Notes: generated by a model not told the origin, from the sequence alone. Positions 39,923 to 54,288 are shown, counted from the stretch's first letter. The stretch is 64,000 bases of DNA from the human T2T-CHM13v2.0 reference genome, Homo sapiens (GCF_009914755.1 NC_060936.1), one strand, 5' to 3'. Made by a program: numbers and translations.

Positions 39923-40557
39923 GTGCTATTGTGAGGACTACACAAAATAAGGTTTGCAGAAGCGTTTCATATAATTTAATGTAGTATTCAGATATGAGCC
40001 ATTATGCTAAAACACTTCGTCCTCGCCAATCTGGTCGACTGTTTTAACCTATTGAAATATGTTTAAATACAATTTCTAATTTACAGTGTATTCATTGGCC
40101 TTCCTAACTCCAGGTCATTAGTAAAATTGCTGAATTTGTGTTCTATGTCTTCATCCCAGACATATTGACACACTGAGTAGAGCAGAGCCATGGAGAAATC
40201 AGTGAGCCTGAAGCCAGCTGCTTGTGTAATTGGCATGAATCAGTTAATCATGACCCTTTGGGTGCAAGGGCTTCCTCCAGTTATGAATCTCCCTCAGGTG
40301 ACTTCCATCTTTCTATATCACTATATTATCTACAGGGATATTATAATATTCTGTTGAATGTCTTATAGAAATATAGATCCAGCTGGCCTATTCTGTTTCA
40401 TGTATTTATTTGTTGTCTTATTTATCTAGTCATTCAATCAGGCATCACTGAGTGCCTACTAAGTGACAGGCACTGAGGAGTTGGCAGTGAACCAACAAGA
40501 TGCTGTCTCTACCCTAAGGGAGCTCATTGTCGCTTATATTCTGGTCTAGAAACTTGA

Positions 40558-40863
<306 letters not shown>

Positions 40864-41234
40864 AATTTAGAATTTTAAAAATGTGTGTGCATTGGAGAAG
40901 GGGGCTGGAAATGAAGTCAGCCAGTCATGACTTTTTGGTCTTGGCCATCACCGTTCCTTTTCTAGGAACCATCCAGTTAGCGGCTGTGTTCATGAACTCC
41001 ACTTTTCTCCTATTCTTGCATGATAATTAGAAGTGCATTTGCTGGCCTTCTGTTTCAGGATGTGTGTTTAGGTTTCTATGATTCTTTAGATTCTGTCCGT
41101 AGAACTTGAGCAATCCCTTTGGAAATTTCTCTTGGTTCGGTGGGGTAAAATTCATGGAAGACATCAGATCTGAACCCCTTCAGAGAACTCAGATGCCCTT
41201 ATTATAACACTATTATAAATATTAGTCCTTTTAA

Positions 41235-41440
41235 TGACAACAACCACTACTATAGTTTGTTCCGCAACTCCACTTACTAGTTTTTTAAATCCTCACAATT
41301 TCTCTCATGATGAAAGCATTTTACCTTCATTTTGCAGGTCTAGAAGCTGTGGCAGTGAGGGTTTACGTGACTTGCCCAAGGTCACACGGCTCTTTCAAAC
41401 CCAAGGCTCAAATTCTTTTACCACTAGGCTATGCTGCACC
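41235..41440 (-). mobile_element. MIR
   Basis: tttaaatcctcacaat...gaggtttacgtgacttgcccaaggtcacacggc. Confidence 0.75.
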
Positions 41441-42209
41441 CATTCTTTGCCTTTAATCTCAGAGCTGATGAACTCCCTTAGGCTAGTGTTCTTTCTTGCT
41501 GATCTGTACTCCATCTCCCATTTGGTCTGGAAATCCCCTCCTTTTTAATAGCCATGTTCTTCTTTCTCCCAATTATCCATTGAATTAGACCACCAGTTCA
41601 AGGCACAAACCTGCTTATTCTTGTCAACTTCAAGTTCTGAACAAAACTGTAAGAGCCTCTTCCGTTATTGCCCATCATTTTTTTTTTTCTCTCAAGCCTC
41701 AGTTCCCCTGTGGCTTTGCCTTACTAACACAGTTCTTATGTGGCCAAGCCTCTTTCATCTGCTTAAGAGTCCTTCTTACCATCTTTTGAATATTTCCACT
41801 TTAAAACTCAAGCTTCTCAAAGAATTACCCTCTTTAGGTGCTGCTTTTCTTCATGAAGGGATTTATTTGCAATTGTATGTAAGAATTACTTTTTTTTGAC
41901 AACCTCCCATTTTTAAAAAGTAATCTCTTTTTTAGCACTTTATAGTCTCAGCATCACCAGCCAAAAAGTTTTGCATACATACCATGTGTCAATCACTGTG
42001 TTCAGTGCAGAAGTCTAAGAAAGTAGTTCCTCAATCTTAAGGGAGATCTTATGATATAATATGCATGACAGCATGCATGTGAAGTGTCAGATATATAGTT
42101 ACTCTTTAAGTGGTATAGAATGGGTTGGGGGAATAGCTGTGGGTCAGAGCAATAGAAGACTTCACCAGAATAAAAGGTATTTGAAGGATAATGATAGGAT
42201 GTATACAAT

Positions 42210-42400
42210 ATTGTAAATCTACTTAATTCTTTCTACAACCCAACGAGTTAAGCTCTTAGAGCATTCTCATGTTTTAGATAAGATAATTGAGGCACAGAGA
42301 GGCTAAGCAAATTGTCAAAGGACACACAGCTTGTAAGTGGCTAAACTGGGACTTGAACTTTGTGAATATGACTGTAGGTTCCAATTCTTAAACTGCTCAG
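42210..42400 (-). mobile_element. MIR
   Basis: tagataagataattgaggcacagagaggctaagcaaattgtcaaaggacacacagcttgtaagtggc. Confidence 0.8.
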
Positions 42401-42557
42401 TTCACCTGGAAAGCTTCTAAGTAAAGAGAGAGAAAGAAAGAAGGCAGATCAGTTGAGGAAATTTCAGGACTTGCTGGGGGCAAAATTGAGAAGAGTTTTG
42501 CTGAAGAATCTTTTTTTTTTTTTTGAAATTGCTTTCAATTTTAAAATTTTCTATCTG

Positions 42558-42561
<4 letters not shown>

Positions 42562-42652
<91 letters not shown>
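42562..42652. repeat. Compound microsatellite (TC)20(TA)17 T17
   Basis: Counted directly: 42562-42601, 42602-42635, 42636-42652. Confidence 0.95.
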
Positions 42653-42776
42653 AAATATAGAGTCAAGGTCTTGCTATGTTGACCAGGTTGGTCTTGAACT
42701 CCTGGTCTCAAGTGTTCCTCCCACCTTGGCCTCACTAAAGTGCTGGGATTACAGGCATGAGCCACTGCACCCATCT
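42653..42776 (-). mobile_element. FLAM_C / AluJ left monomer
   Basis: ggtcttgctatgttgaccagg...gctgggattacaggcatgagccactgcacc. Confidence 0.88.
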
Positions 42777-45146
42777 GGATCTTGACTTTTATTTAGAAGA
42801 AAAGGATGAATGTTATGACAGCACAATACCTTAATAATAGAACTGAAAGCCAACTGAACCACAATGTGCTCAGAGGAAATATTACCAGCTTTCACTGAAG
42901 CCTAGTTTCAATAGCACGAACAGTGTAAAAAGAAGAGAGAATCATTCTGTGAATTAAAAAAAAACATTGGAGTGGCAAATGACAGCAAGCAGTGTCAATA
43001 GATGCTCCTTACAACTAATCAAATACATTCAATGTGAAAAATCTTTAGAGTACATTTTGACATCCTGGACCGTTCCCACACTCAGAGATAGCTGTATTTT
43101 TAACAATATTGTCATTGAAAAGGAAGAAGAATGATACACATAACAGGTAAAAATAAAGCCATGTGAAAGGTGTGGAACTTCTCAGAAAAAAAAATGAACT
43201 TAGAGAAAATTAAAAGAAATACACATTTGTTCCAGCATTCAATTATTAAATACCTTGAATGCAAAAACAGATGACTTTGAATACCAGTAGGCTATCTTGC
43301 CAGCTGGTGGGACCTACCCCTAGTGGGTTGCTCTATGGAGATACTACTCCTCTTGTGATCTGCCACGATTTTTTTATGGAGCATTAAGTCACTTTCTAAA
43401 GATTTCTAAATATGAGGATGCTGAGTGGTGTGATTATTAACAACCAAATCTTCCTGTTCACAAGTGTAAGGGTTGCAGTCCTGGGAATCTGGCTAACTTC
43501 CAATTGGGTAATTACATATGGAAAACCTTGTTGAATCCCCCTTGGAGTTCTAGTTATGAAAGCCATTTATAGGGTGATTTGTAATTGCACCTGTGGCTGG
43601 AAAAATAGTGTAATGCACCAAAAATAAAATAAGCAATAGTCTTCCCTATAAGGATAGAAAGCAAACCACCATGCCTGCTATAGAAAGCTAATGGCTACCT
43701 TCTAACCTATAGACTTAAAACAAGGAAAAAAAAGTGAAAATGATTACCAACAGGACCAACATATAATGTAGATGAATCCTTTTATTCTCTTAGTTGTGCA
43801 GAATGTAGTTAACTACCAAGTTACAGCAATAGCATCACAGAGCGCTTTGGGGATGACAAAGTGTTTGTTTTTGCCTCATCTTTCCTGAAGATGCTGTTTC
43901 TTAGGAGACAAATGAGCTTGAAGCCCTCTTAATTATTTTTTAATAAAATAAAGCAAAAGGCATTTTCTTTTTATAAATTATATTATCATAAGCTTTGCAT
44001 CTAGTAGATAAGAATGCAAATAACTTTTTTCTTATTAAAAGACGTGATAATCTGCATTTGCATGTTGTGAATCACTGAAAGGCAAAAAAATAATAAATTC
44101 AGGTTCCCAGGCACAATATATGACCTACTTAATCAGTGGTTGGAGGTAGGATTTGGCACTTCGTATTTTTCAAATCCCCTTCTGGTAGCTGTGATGTGCA
44201 GCTAGGTTCGAGAACATCTGATAAACTCCATTCAGCTTTTATAGAAGTGCTTTCCTAATGAGCTAGATGTTTTTAATTTTTAAAACAATCCTTAGTGGTG
44301 ACCAGGATAACTTCCCACTCTAAGGAGAACCAGGAGCTCTGGGGATTAGTAGTGGATGCTGGGGGCAAGGACATCTGAAACCATAATCTCTTTTGACGTG
44401 GCCTCAAAGTTGGCGATGAAGGTAGACATTTTTTAAAAAATCTGACTAGTGTCTCATTATTATTAGACAAAGATCACCAACCACTGAGGAATTCTTGTTT
44501 AAATGCGTTTCACAGTAGCTCCTTGAAAATATGCCAGTCATCTTCAAAAATAATTTCTTTTTAAAAAGAGTAAGTAGGGAATTGCAACATTTTCTGTTAA
44601 AGTCTCAAAGGGAAACCAAATAAAAGTTCCTCTATTTCTCTTTCAGAGTGCATTTTTTTTGTTCTGATATTGATGGGGTATTCATAGAACTGATAAAAGC
44701 CACCTAACTTAAATTGACTTTGTTTACGAAAAAAGTTTATTTTTTGTGATGTGGAGAAACTCCAGTGTCTTAGGTTGAACCATGGCCGTCTCAATTCATC
44801 AGACCACCTATAACTCAAAAGAGTTGTATTTCTCACACTTCACCAGTTTATTGGCAATGGAAAAGAAAAGTTTATTCATCTTGTTGGATTAGATGATCTC
44901 TAAGGTCCTTTCCATCTCTGAAATTCTATTATTATTTTCCATCCCAACAATAGACAAAGTATAGAAATTCATCACATCACTCTGGTGTAATAGAAACTAG
45001 TAGGATCCATAAATATTTTAACCCTAAAGTGTTGGTCTTCTTTTGTATTTCACTGGTGAAGCACCTCATACAATTTTTTTTGATCGTTCAAAAGTAGAAA
45101 TTCATCAGTATTAGTGGTTACAATCAACATAAAGGTGCTGACTGGT

Positions 45147-45554
45147 TGCCTTAGTCCCTGTTCTGCTGCTTATAACAAATTATCTGAAACTGGGTAATTT
45201 ATAAAGAAAAATAATTTATTTCTTATAGATATGGAAGGTGAGAAGTCCAAGGTCAAGGGGCCATATCTGGGGACGGACTTCTTGCTGGTGGGGACTCTGT
45301 GGAGGCAGCACAAGGCATCATGTGGTGAGAGGCTTGAGTATCCTAAGTCAGGTCTCTCTTCCTCTTCTAGAGCCACAAGTCCCACTCCCAAGTATTACCC
45401 ACTAATCCATTAAACCATGATTGAATTAATCTATTTATGAGGGCAGAGCCCTCAGGACCCAATTACCTCCAAAGGCCCTACATCTCAATACTGCCACAGT
45501 GCGGACTAAATTTCAACATGAGTTTTGAAGGGGACAAATATTCAAACCACAGCA
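45147..45554 (-). mobile_element. MSTC-like MaLR solo LTR
   Basis: tgccttagtcc...gagaagtccaaggtcaagggg...attcaaaccacagca; TSD ctggt/atggt. Confidence 0.85.
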
Positions 45555-46409
45555 ATGGTGATTGTAAATAGTACACTCATTACTGTTCTCTTGGATCTTA
45601 TTCCTAGCTGATGATGAATAATCTTTAAGATATATAAGATCCTCTAGGATATTAAATTACATGAAACCTATGGAATATTAAATAGTTATGGCTCTGTCTT
45701 TGGTGCTCCTATAGTTTTTATACATCTGTTAACATTTATCTCACTATTTTATAATGCTTTCATTATATGTCTATCTCATCTCTTCTTTGAGGGCAAGAAC
45801 AATTTACATTCCCAGGACCTAGTACAGTGCCTAGCATATTTTCAGTTGATATTTGATTGGATATCACTAGAATATTAAATGAGTTCAACTACTTTCAAAT
45901 AACTGCTTAATTTTTTGAAATAAAGCTCCTAAGATGAAAAAATTCTTTTGCAAAATCTATGATGGAACTTAGAAGACAAGCCAGAAGAACCTCAGGTACC
46001 TAGAAAATGATAGATCAAGAGAAGAAGGCTGGCACATTTACTTATCAGGTTAGCTTTTTCTCACTTCTTTCCCAGTGGCAATTGGTAGATTAATTCAACA
46101 ATTGTTATATTTTCCTTCAGTTTAGTGTCTTTTAGTGTTCAAGTCAAGTGACACTATATGTACCATCTATTTCATGGGGGAAATTCTCCTTAAGTCAGCA
46201 TGACTATTTAGATATATAGTGGGTAGCCTTGGAAAAATATTTAACCAGTCTGAACCTCAGTACATTGTTTTGAAGTGAAAAAGTTAAAATATTATCAATA
46301 ATTTTATAATATTATTAATAGAGGAAGACTTTTTTTCTTTAAACACATACTTATGTTAACACTTTATGTAAAAATGATACATACAATGCTGTTTAGCTTG
46401 AAGGGGGAA

Positions 46410-46804
46410 TGTATTAGTTAAGATATTAACACTAATACTGTAACAAAAAAACCTTGAATCATAGTAGTATAGAAATACAGTGTAGTTCTTACTCATATAG
46501 TCAGTCTATTGTCAAGAGTTAGGGTTGGAATTAGACCTCCCTCCAGATAATCATTCAGAGATCCTGGGAGACAGAGTCTCTGCCACCTTCAACATGGGAC
46601 CTCCAAGACAGCTCTAACTTTTGACCCCAACTAGAAAATGGGGTGAGAGAGAGGATTACCTAAGTTAGGGTTTTATGACTTAGGTCCAGAAGTGAGTACA
46701 TCAGTGCCATCATCCCTAACTGCAAGGGAGGCTGAGAAGTGGACTGTATACCCAGCACAAACAAGACATTGGGTTTAGTAGGAAGATAGCTGGGCCTTGC
46801 CACA
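46410..46804 (-). mobile_element. MLT1I/J2-like LTR
   Basis: tgtattagttaagat...cctaactgcaagggaggctgagaagt...tgccaca; TSD gggaa/aggaa. Confidence 0.75.
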
Positions 46805-46969
46805 AGGAATGGGGTCTGATGGGGTTTGGCACCCAGGGAGGCTTACCTAGGACTTGGAAGAGCACAGTTTGCAACCCCTGGAGAAGGTGATTCCCCCAAA
46901 GCCCCTTCATCTTAAATGTTCGGTAATTGTACCACTTACCATGCCTGACATACAGCAAGAGTTCATTAA

Positions 46970-47321
<352 letters not shown>

Positions 47322-47849
47322 GAAAGTCTTTAATTCTTACTGGATCATTTAACTTAGAGCAGCATTACATGAGCCATGTTTTGGCACCTCCCTTCTACTG
47401 CTGTGATCCTGCAACATGGTAACACTCCATGTAATTTCAATTGGGCTTCGAATTTGGTTGCATGCACAGAGTATGTGCCTGTGGAACTCTCTTAATTCTG
47501 ACGTGAACTTGTGCAATGGGCCTAGCTATCTTACATTCAAATTAAGAAGGCCTCTTAAGATATAAATGTAGAATTTGACTCACCTATATCACATAAGGAT
47601 TGAAATTTATGTGATTCCTGAGATACCAGTTGTTCTTGCCATGTTTGATCACCATTACAAACTATTGGCAAAATCTTCTCATCCTCCCAACGCCTGGCTG
47701 TTGTTCCCTAATGGATCAATTATTGCATCACCCCTCCCACCATCCCATCTCTTCACTGTATGTATCACCATCTGTGCTTTCCTTAAGCAGGCTAACCACA
47801 ATCAGGGTTTTGATTATTCTTTGATAAACTGTTTACTCAATCCACACTG

Positions 47850-48740
47850 CCTATTTGTGCAGATCAATATTTCCCCATTTGGATGTCTCAGTGTCGTCTC
47901 AACTTCAAAGTGTCCATGACCGAAATTATATCCTTCCCCTTTCTCATAACTCTTCCTCTGGAATCTCAGTCTTGGAGGATGGCACCATCATGGACCAGTT
48001 CATCCCATTCAGAGGCCGGGGAGCCATGGTCTGTTCTTGCTCTTCTTTGTACTCATTTGAATCAAAATATTCACAAAGTTAGCATAATCTGTCTCTGAAA
48101 ATTTTTTTGAAATTGTACCCCCTCCCCTTTATTTAAATCACCGTGGGAACCAAACTCCCATCTTCTATTTCCCTTGCCTCTTAACTGGCCTCTCAGCCTC
48201 CAGTCTCTCCCCTATCCACTCTGTCCTCTGCGGTGCATCCAATTACCTAACACCTGCTCCCTATGTAAACCCTTTTCATGGCCTGTGAGGCCCTTCATCA
48301 CCTGGCTCCTGCTAACTGGCTTTATTTACTGTCCCTCTTCCACATGAACAGTTCACTGCAAACTGGGTAGCAGTAGTTTGCTACCTCTCATTCTCTTTAC
48401 TGTGCTTCTGGTGCCTCTATGCCAGAGGTTCGAAACAATAGTAGATGACGAGTAAACAAGTGGATATGGCTGTGTTCCAATGAAACTTCGCTTACAAAAA
48501 TAGTCAAGGGCTGGGTTTGAGCCAGGAGCTGTAGTTTGTTGACCCTTGCTCTGTGTCTTTGTATCTGTTGTTCCATCCGCCTGGAATACCCTTCTCCCCC
48601 CTCATTGCTCATCTCATTGTCTGCACCCCTACTCCCATTTCGAACTTCTAATTTTTCAAATGTTTGTTTAAGCATATTTTCCTCTTTGAACTGCTTTATT
48701 AAAATAATCTAATAATGCTTACTCCCAGATCACATTATAC
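47850..48740 (+). mobile_element. L2, interrupted by MER58
   Basis: ttccccatttggatgtctc...aaagtgtccatgaccgaa...taactggcctctcagcctccagtctc...ctggaatacccttctcc. Confidence 0.7.
48423..48548 (+). mobile_element. MER58A, internally deleted
   Basis: tggctgtgttccaatgaaactt...tgtagtttgttgacccttg; 8-bp TSD ctctatgc/ctctgtgt. Confidence 0.75.
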
Positions 48741-48743
48741 ATA

Positions 48744-49384
48744 CAGTCTTTTCTCTCTCTTTTTTTTTTTTTTTTTTTTTGTGGTAATCATAGTCTAGAG
48801 AGGCACAGGGAACACTACAGGGTTCCTAGGAGAAACATGGTGTTAGGTGCCTGTGAGCTTATGCTCACACACTTTTGCCAGCTGATCAATGTATAACCCT
48901 ATTTTGTGTGTATTTCTGACTACAGACAGCTTATTTACTATATATTGTTTACTCATTAGCATTAAACTCACAATCAACAGCACTGTAATTCATGCCTGAA
49001 GGAAGCTTATCGAATGCACATATTTTCTTCATCAGATACATCACAGCCCTTCTGTGCTTAAGAACACCAGACAGCACTTCAGCACTATACTTGGGGCCCA
49101 TTTTAAACATCGAAATCACCAACAAAAACACAAAAATGCAAAAAAAAAAAAAAAAGGCACTAAATAATCTGCAAAAAGGATGCTTGTTTATAGTATGAGA
49201 ACTGAGACAAGCAGGCAAAGTTCACCTTAGCTGAAAATGTGAGCATCAGGCAACTTTTCAAATTTTCCACTGCTCTGCACACGTCTATGGATGCATTGTG
49301 AGTATTAGTTTTGGGTTTACAGATAAAGTTTTGTAAATAGGGGAATTTGCAAACACAGAATTGGTGAATAATGAGAATTGACTA
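48744..49384 (-). mobile_element. MER82 (TcMar-Tigger)
   Basis: TA flanks; TIRs cagtc.../...gacta; remnant transposase N-terminus MGPKYSAEVLSGVLKHRRAV...GMNYSAVDCEFNANE in ORF 48949..49218. Confidence 0.85.
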
Positions 49385-49599
49385 TATTGTGTAACAACAA
49401 AGTCAACACATTGGACAGCTAGGTCCTTGTCAACTGGTTAATTTGTCTTCTTTTTTATCTCCATGGCCTTTGAGCTTAAATGAAGGTTTTGAATATTCGT
49501 ATGCATGAATGAATTGAATGAAGTACATATAGCTTAAGATTTTTCAGTGTAGGTTGTATATATTGCAGAAAAAACTTTTTTAAAATGCTTTCTTCAGCA

Positions 49600-49850
49600 T
49601 TCGTGAAGTGATTAGTAATTCAACTGCAGTACATGGGGAAGGATGTTGCTTTCTTCTTATTTAACATCTTCATTAATAATCTGCAAAAGGCAGTAAACAA
49701 TAAATTAATGAAATCTGCAGGTGATACTAAATTAAGAGGTGTTGAAAACACCAGCGAGAGTACTGTTATAGCAGAGAAACACTTAGAAAAGTTAAAAATA
49801 TGAAGGAAATCAGGAATGATGGAACCAGAAAGATACAAGCTAAAAATCCA
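49600..49850 (+). mobile_element. Ancient CR1-clade RT fragment
   Basis: 49657-49800 translates LFNIFINNLQKAVNNKLMKSAGDTKLRGVENTSESTVIAEKHLEKLKI, matching CR1 LFNIFINDL...KFADDTKLGG. Confidence 0.8.
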
Positions 49851-49914
49851 GCTATGAAAATTTTAAATGCTTGGGAAACCTGGACACTAACACTTGTTGT
49901 TTTTAGGTTGCCTG

Positions 49915-50640
49915 TCTGTTCATTTAGCAGGTATTTATTGAGTGCCTACTATGTGCCTGGTTTGGTGCTATGTCCTGGGGATGTCAAAGTGAACAGGACA
50001 GTCAAGTTCCCTGACTGATTGAGTCTATGTTCCAGTGGAGGATAGAAAAGAGGACTGAATAATCAAGAATCTCTAAGGTAACTTGGGAGATGAAATTGGA
50101 GTTGAAACGTGAAGGATGAGTGGAAGAAAGAGCAAGGGGTAAGACTGCTCAAGAGAGAGCAATCTCAAAGACAAAGGCCTGGAGAAAAAAAAATAGTTGT
50201 GTCAGGCACAAGGAGCAGAATAGGAGGATGGCTGGAGCTTAAGGCAGGTGGCCCAGGGGATGGGGATGTCTTGTGACAGGTGAGAGAGCAGGCTGGGGAC
50301 AGATAATGTGGTGCTCTGAAGGCATCGCAAAGGAATTTGGATTTTATTCTAGGTCCGTGGGAAACCACTGAAGAGTCTGGAGAAGAATAAGAAATATTAT
50401 TTGGCTTTCATTATTGAATTGAAGTGGGGTGAATATATGTGTTGCAAGGAGTTCAGTTAGGAGTTTGTTGCAGTACTTCTGGCAGGAGAAGTTGGTGGCT
50501 TGGACCAAGATCTGGAGAATGAAAGTTATAGAAGGATTGGGACATAGTTTGGGGGTAAAACTGCCAGGACTTGCTAATGGATTGGCTGAGAAAGGTGAAA
50601 GGGTGAAAGAATAGTGAGGAATCATGGGTGACTCCTAAGT
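49915..50640 (-). mobile_element. L2b/c 3' region
   Basis: tatttattgagtgcctactatgtgcctgg...aggaatttggattttattct...caggacttgctaatggattgg. Confidence 0.8.
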
Positions 50641-51119
50641 ATTAGGCATATGCATATAAAGACAGGTCAGTTAATAGAACATAAGCAGAATGTCACATCA
50701 ATGAACCTCAACGCAACTGGCATCTTGTAAGTGCAAAAAAATGGCAGATTCTCTTGGTAGATGTGATGTGAAAACAAAAATACTGTATTCACATGTGAAA
50801 TAAACATTTATGAGATGTCTACCTAATGCCATATATATCATGTATATGACAACACTGAGGTTTCAAGTATTAAATAAGATAAATCTTTGCCTTAGGCGTG
50901 GAGATGGGGTATGTCCAAATCTGACAGACAATGGAGGCCTGCTTGCTAAGGGAAGTGAGCCCTGATTTTAGACTTTGAAGATGAATAAGAGTGTCCTAAG
51001 TAGACAAAGGAGGCCAGAGAATTTTAAGCCTAATCACCAATACCAGTATTTTAGTAGCATCTAGTAAGTGGTAAAATATTTCGGACTAATTCTTTCCAGT
51101 GGACAGAAACTCAGGAGCA

Positions 51120-53888
51120 CTTTTAAAAATTGAGTTGTAATTTACAGACAGTAAAATTCTCAGATCTTATGACTACAGTTAGATAACTTCTGACAAATGC
51201 ATACACCTCTGTAACCCACACCCATATTATGATAAACATTTCCACCACTCCAGAAAGATCCCTTAGATCCCTTTCCAGTCAATGCGCCTCCCCACCCAAA
51301 GGCAACTATTGTTCTGATTTATTTCATCAATAGATTAGGCTTCCCTGGTCTAAAAAATCATATGAATAAAATTATACCACCTATATACCCTTTGTGTCTT
51401 TCTGCTTTTTTTCACTCAGAATAATGTTTCTGAGGTTCATCAATTTTGTAGTACCCATATTGGTGTTTTTTAATAATTAAAATAAAAATAGAGATTGGGG
51501 TCTCCCTATGTTGCCCAGGCTGGCTTCAAACTCCTGGGCTCAAGCGATCCTCCTGCCTTGGACTCCCAAAGTGCTGGGGTTACGGGCGTCTGCCACAGTG
51601 CCCCGACTGTATTGGTCTTTTGTTCCTTTTTATTCTGGAGTAGTAGTCTGTGGTTTGAATATAATCTCACTTGCTTGTCCATTCTTATGTTGCTGGATTT
51701 TGGGTTATTTCAGTTTGAGGCTATGTTGAATAACGCGTCCATGGGCATTTTTGTACAGTCCTTTGTGCGTACATATATTTTTTATTTTTCTTGAGTAAAG
51801 ACCTAGGAGTGGAATTGCTGGGTGATAGGGTAGGTAGATATTAAACTCTATAAGAAACTGCCAGGACAATTTCCAAAGTGGTTGTTTACACTTCCACCAG
51901 CAATGCATGAGAGCTTCGCTTGTTCCACAAACTCCAATATTTGGGGTGTTCAATAATTTCAATGTAGTTACATTAGTGAATGTGTACTGGTATTTCATTG
52001 TGATTTTATTTTGTATTTTCCTGATGGCTAATGATGTTGAGTACTTTTTCATGGGGTCATTGCTCATTCATATATTTTATTTTACAAGGTTACTGTTTAA
52101 GACTTTTGCCCATTTTTATTAGGTTATTTATTTTTGCTAGAATTTATGAATGATTTTTGCTTCTGTGGTCATGAGAAGTTGGTCTGCAGTATTTTTTTAC
52201 TTGTCTTTGTCTAGTTTCGGTGTCATGGTAATGCTGACTTGTGATTTGCTTATTAGTTTTCATAATGTATCCCTTGATGAGTAGAGGTCATTAATTTTGA
52301 TAATGTCCATTACATATTTTTTAATTTTTTTAAGTTTATGATTAGACTTTTTTGTGTCTGTTTTAGAAATCTTTGCCTATTTCAATGTCACAAAGATATT
52401 CACCTATCCCTTTTGGAAGCTTTACATCTTTAGCTTTGATATTCACTCAAGTGTATATTTGTAGATGGTTTAAGGTATGAGTCAGGATTATTTTTTTTCT
52501 ATATCGACAGGCAGTTTTTCCAGCACCATTTGTTGAAAAGACTGTTTTTTTCCATTGAATTGTTTTATTGCCTTGATTGAAAATCAGTTGAACATGTAAT
52601 GTTGATCTACTTCTGGATTCTATATTCTGTTCTGTTGATCTATTCAACCATCTGTACCCTCAAATCCCATTGTCTAGATTATCATACCTTTAGAGTTAGT
52701 CTTAAAATCCACGAGTGTAAGGCTTTCGACTTTGCTATTCTAAAGGACTGTTTTGACTATGCTAGGTCCTTTGCATTTCCATATAAATTTTAGAATCAGC
52801 TGTCAATATGTGCAGAAAAGCCTGCTGGGATTTTAATTGGAGATGTGTTGAATTTAAACATGTGTCATTTAACAATATTGAGTCTTCTAATCATGAATAT
52901 CGTAAATCGGTCTTTTATCTTGGTCTTCTTTAATTTTTCTCAGCAATATTTTGTAGTGTCTTGCACTGATTTTGTTAAATTTTTTAAGTGTTTCATGTTG
53001 TGTTGATGCTATTGTAATTGGTACTTAAACATTTGTTTTTAATTGCTAGTTACTAATATATATTATATGGCCTTATATCCTGAAACCTTGCTAAATTCAC
53101 TTATTAATTCTAATTTTTTTTTAAGATTCCTTGGAATTTGCTACATAGTCATGCTAACTGCAAACTGCAAATATATATATTTACTTTTCAGTCTAGATGA
53201 CTTTTTTGGAAGGGGAGGTTATATTGCCAGTACAATATTGAATAAAAGTTCTGAACTTTACTTTGTTCTTGATAATAGGTTAAAATCATTCAGTGTCTCA
53301 TTGTTCAATATGATCTTCTTAGTTGTAGATTTTCCGTATATCATCTTTATTCGGTTGTCAGAGGTTTTTTCTATTCCTAATGTATTGATAGTTTTTAACA
53401 TGAATAGGTGCCAAATTTTATTCAATGTTTCTCTGTATTTCTTTAGGTGATTGTTAGGTGATTGTATGATTTTTTTAATTCTGTCAATGTCGTAAATTAT
53501 ATGGATTCATTTTCTAATCTAAACTAATCTTTTCGAGTGAAAATTTCCCTTTGGCCCTTGCATGTTAAGCTTTTAATTACTTAATTGTAATTAATTTTAT
53601 GTTAATATTTAATTTATTACTGTATTAAAATTGCTAATATTTTATTTATGATTTTTCCTTTTGTATTCAAGAGGGAAGTTGGTTTGTAGTGTCCTTTTCT
53701 TATAATGTCTTTGATTTGGGGTTCAGGAAATGTTGGCCTCAAACTGAGTTAGGATGGGGTCCCTCAAATGGCATTTCTTTTTCCTTAAACGTTTCATAGA
53801 ATTCACCCAGCGAATTCATCTGGGCTTAGATTTTACTTTGAGAAAATATTTTTAATTACAAATTTGGCTTATTTAATTGGTGTGGGGC
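51120..53888 (-). mobile_element. L1ME1-like 3'UTR plus ORF2 portion
   Basis: cagtaaaattctcagatctta...acctaggagtggaattgctggg...ccagcaccatttgttgaaaagac...catagaattcaccca. Confidence 0.85.
51470..51607 (-). mobile_element. FLAM_C inside L1ME
   Basis: Monomer; near-TSD tattggtgtttt/tattggtctttt. Confidence 0.85.
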
Positions 53889-54288
53889 TGTATTAGTCTA
53901 TTCTTTCACTGCTATAAATAAATACTTAGACTGGGTAATGTATAAAGAAAAAAGGTTTAATTGGTTCACAGTTTTGCAGGCTGTATAGGAAGCACAATGC
54001 TGGCATCTGCTCAGCTTCTGGGGAGGCCTCAGGAAACTTACAATTACGGTGAAAGGTGAAGAAGTGAGCACCTCACATGACTGGAGCAGGAGGAAGGGGG
54101 AGAGGGGGAGGTGCCACACACTTTTAAACAACCAGATCTTTGGAGAACTCACTCACGATCACAAGAACAGCACCAATGGGGAAATCCACCCCCAGGATCC
54201 AATCACCTCCCACCAGGCCCTACCTCCAACACTGGGGATTACAATTCAATATGAGATTTGAGCAGAGATACAGACCCAAACCATATCA
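53889..54288 (-). mobile_element. MSTA MaLR solo LTR
   Basis: tgtattagtc...gaggcctcaggaaacttacaat...aaaccatatca; flanks share gggc. Confidence 0.9.
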
